Shown here piece after piece: positions 14,402 to 15,091 of a DNA stretch of 15,091 nucleotides. The notes beneath the pieces were generated by a model. It was not told the origin of the DNA. It made no database searches and saw only the letters and a list, made by a program, of their open reading frames with translations. The DNA is from Eubacteriales bacterium (GTDB lineage: Bacteria > Bacillota > Clostridia > Christensenellales > CALWSW01). Each line of letters begins with the position of its first letter. The stretch's first letter is position 1. The position numbers and the translations under genes are program-made. The DNA is taken from the NCBI GenBank assembly GCA_031553675.1, contig JAVBLF010000032.1:1-15091 (forward strand), read 5' to 3'.

Positions 14402-15091
14402 CTATGTGTCACTGCCGGCAAGCGGGTGATCCCGCGCGCCTCGCAGGTATTCGTAGTATCCGCCCATCGTGAGGTGGATATAAGGGTAGACGTAGACCGA
14501 GGCGAGGCCAAAGGACAAGAGGACGAGGAGCAGCCACCCCAAAAAGCTCAGCTGCGTTTCGAAGAGCTCCCAGCGGTGGCCCCGCATCATGTCTTTGCTG
14601 CGATCGAGCGCATCCCGCGCGCCGAGGGTCGGGTCGTCGCTGACGATGTAATTGACCATCGAATAGCGGAGCGTGATGGGGATGATGGCGATCGAAAAGG
14701 CCAAGGCCGCCAAGAGAGCGAGCCAGCTGAGAGGGGTGTTTTGGCTTTCCAGAGTGGTGCTGAGAACCAGAAGGGCGCTCCCGGGCAGCTGCCAGACCGC
14801 ATACCAGAGCGTCGCCCATAGATTCGCCAGCCAATACGGTTTCCGGTGATGCAGGGCATCGCGGAATACGCTCGCGAGGTCGCCCCCTTCGCCCCGGTAG
14901 AGGCGCACGGCGTAACCGTGGATCGCGATGGTCAGCGGCGCGACGATCAACGCGTAAACGCCAAAGACGACGCCCCAGGGCCAAGTGAAATCGACGCCGT
15001 TGCGCACAGGCAAGAGCGCGCTGAACGCCGAGCCGATCGTGCCCCCCAAGGCAAGCGCATCCGAAGATTCCGAACGCAATTCCCCGATCAG
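14402..15091 (-). CDS. DUF975-like polytopic membrane protein, paralog C; the N-terminus lies beyond the window edge
   Basis: The frame is open to position 15091. The M in the track is a TTG codon inside a continuing frame (...LIGELRSESSDAL...). It carries the conserved C-terminal block MMRGHRWELFETQLSF...VYVYPYIHLTMGGYYEYLRG. Stop TGA at 14402-14404. Confidence 0.7.
   Translation of the reverse strand: MIGELRSESSDALALGGTIGSAFSALLPVRNGVDFTWPWGVVFGVYALIVAPLTIAIHGYAVRLYRGEGGDLASVFRDALHHRKPYWLANLWATLWYAVWQLPGSALLVLSTTLESQNTPLSWLALLAALAFSIAIIPITLRYSMVNYIVSDDPTLGARDALDRSKDMMRGHRWELFETQLSFLGWLLLVLLSFGLASVYVYPYIHLTMGGYYEYLRGARDHPLAGSDT

Noticed and set aside
1-15091. CRISPR arrays, rRNA genes, IS elements or transposase genes
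   Set aside because: No regularly spaced direct repeats, no rRNA-like segments, no terminal inverted repeats flanking a transposase-like ORF were seen. The only mobile-element signal is the serine integrase segment at the left end.

Overview
This 15.1-kb window is a high-GC (about 65-68%) chromosomal segment with Bacillus-like gene content. Its left 2.4 kb is a low-GC (about 38-40%) foreign segment: the 3' end of a Bacillus/phage-type dUTPase gene, a promoter-like AT-rich spacer with a small ORF, and a 554-aa large serine recombinase. The recombinase reading frame runs about 22 nt into the 3' end of a tRNA-Ser(GCU) gene. That gene is the second of two tandem minus-strand tRNA-Ser genes (UGA and GCU anticodons), driven by a perfect TTGACA-17-TATACT promoter. 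The segment therefore looks like the tRNA-proximal end of a prophage or integrative element. To the right, all on the minus strand, lie a zinc-dependent phospholipase C-like hydrolase gene, an NfeD-family (YuaF-like) membrane protein gene carrying an unusual His/Asp/Met/Gly-rich repeat insertion, and a flotillin (FloT/YuaG-like) gene. Next, on the plus strand, come gatC-gatA-gatB with translationally coupled overlaps, a lone hisF, and glmS. glmS starts only 58 nt after hisF, so there is no room for a glmS ribozyme. The right end holds an AT-rich spacer with promoter-like boxes and a bidirectional terminator, read here as a candidate small RNA. It is followed by three tandem, diverged DUF975-like integral membrane paralogs on the minus strand, the last truncated by the window edge. 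Two of these have their own near-consensus promoters and one has a clear intrinsic terminator. Many long ORFs in the six-frame track are antisense or alternate-frame artefacts of the high GC content and were rejected. There is no CRISPR array, rRNA gene or IS element.
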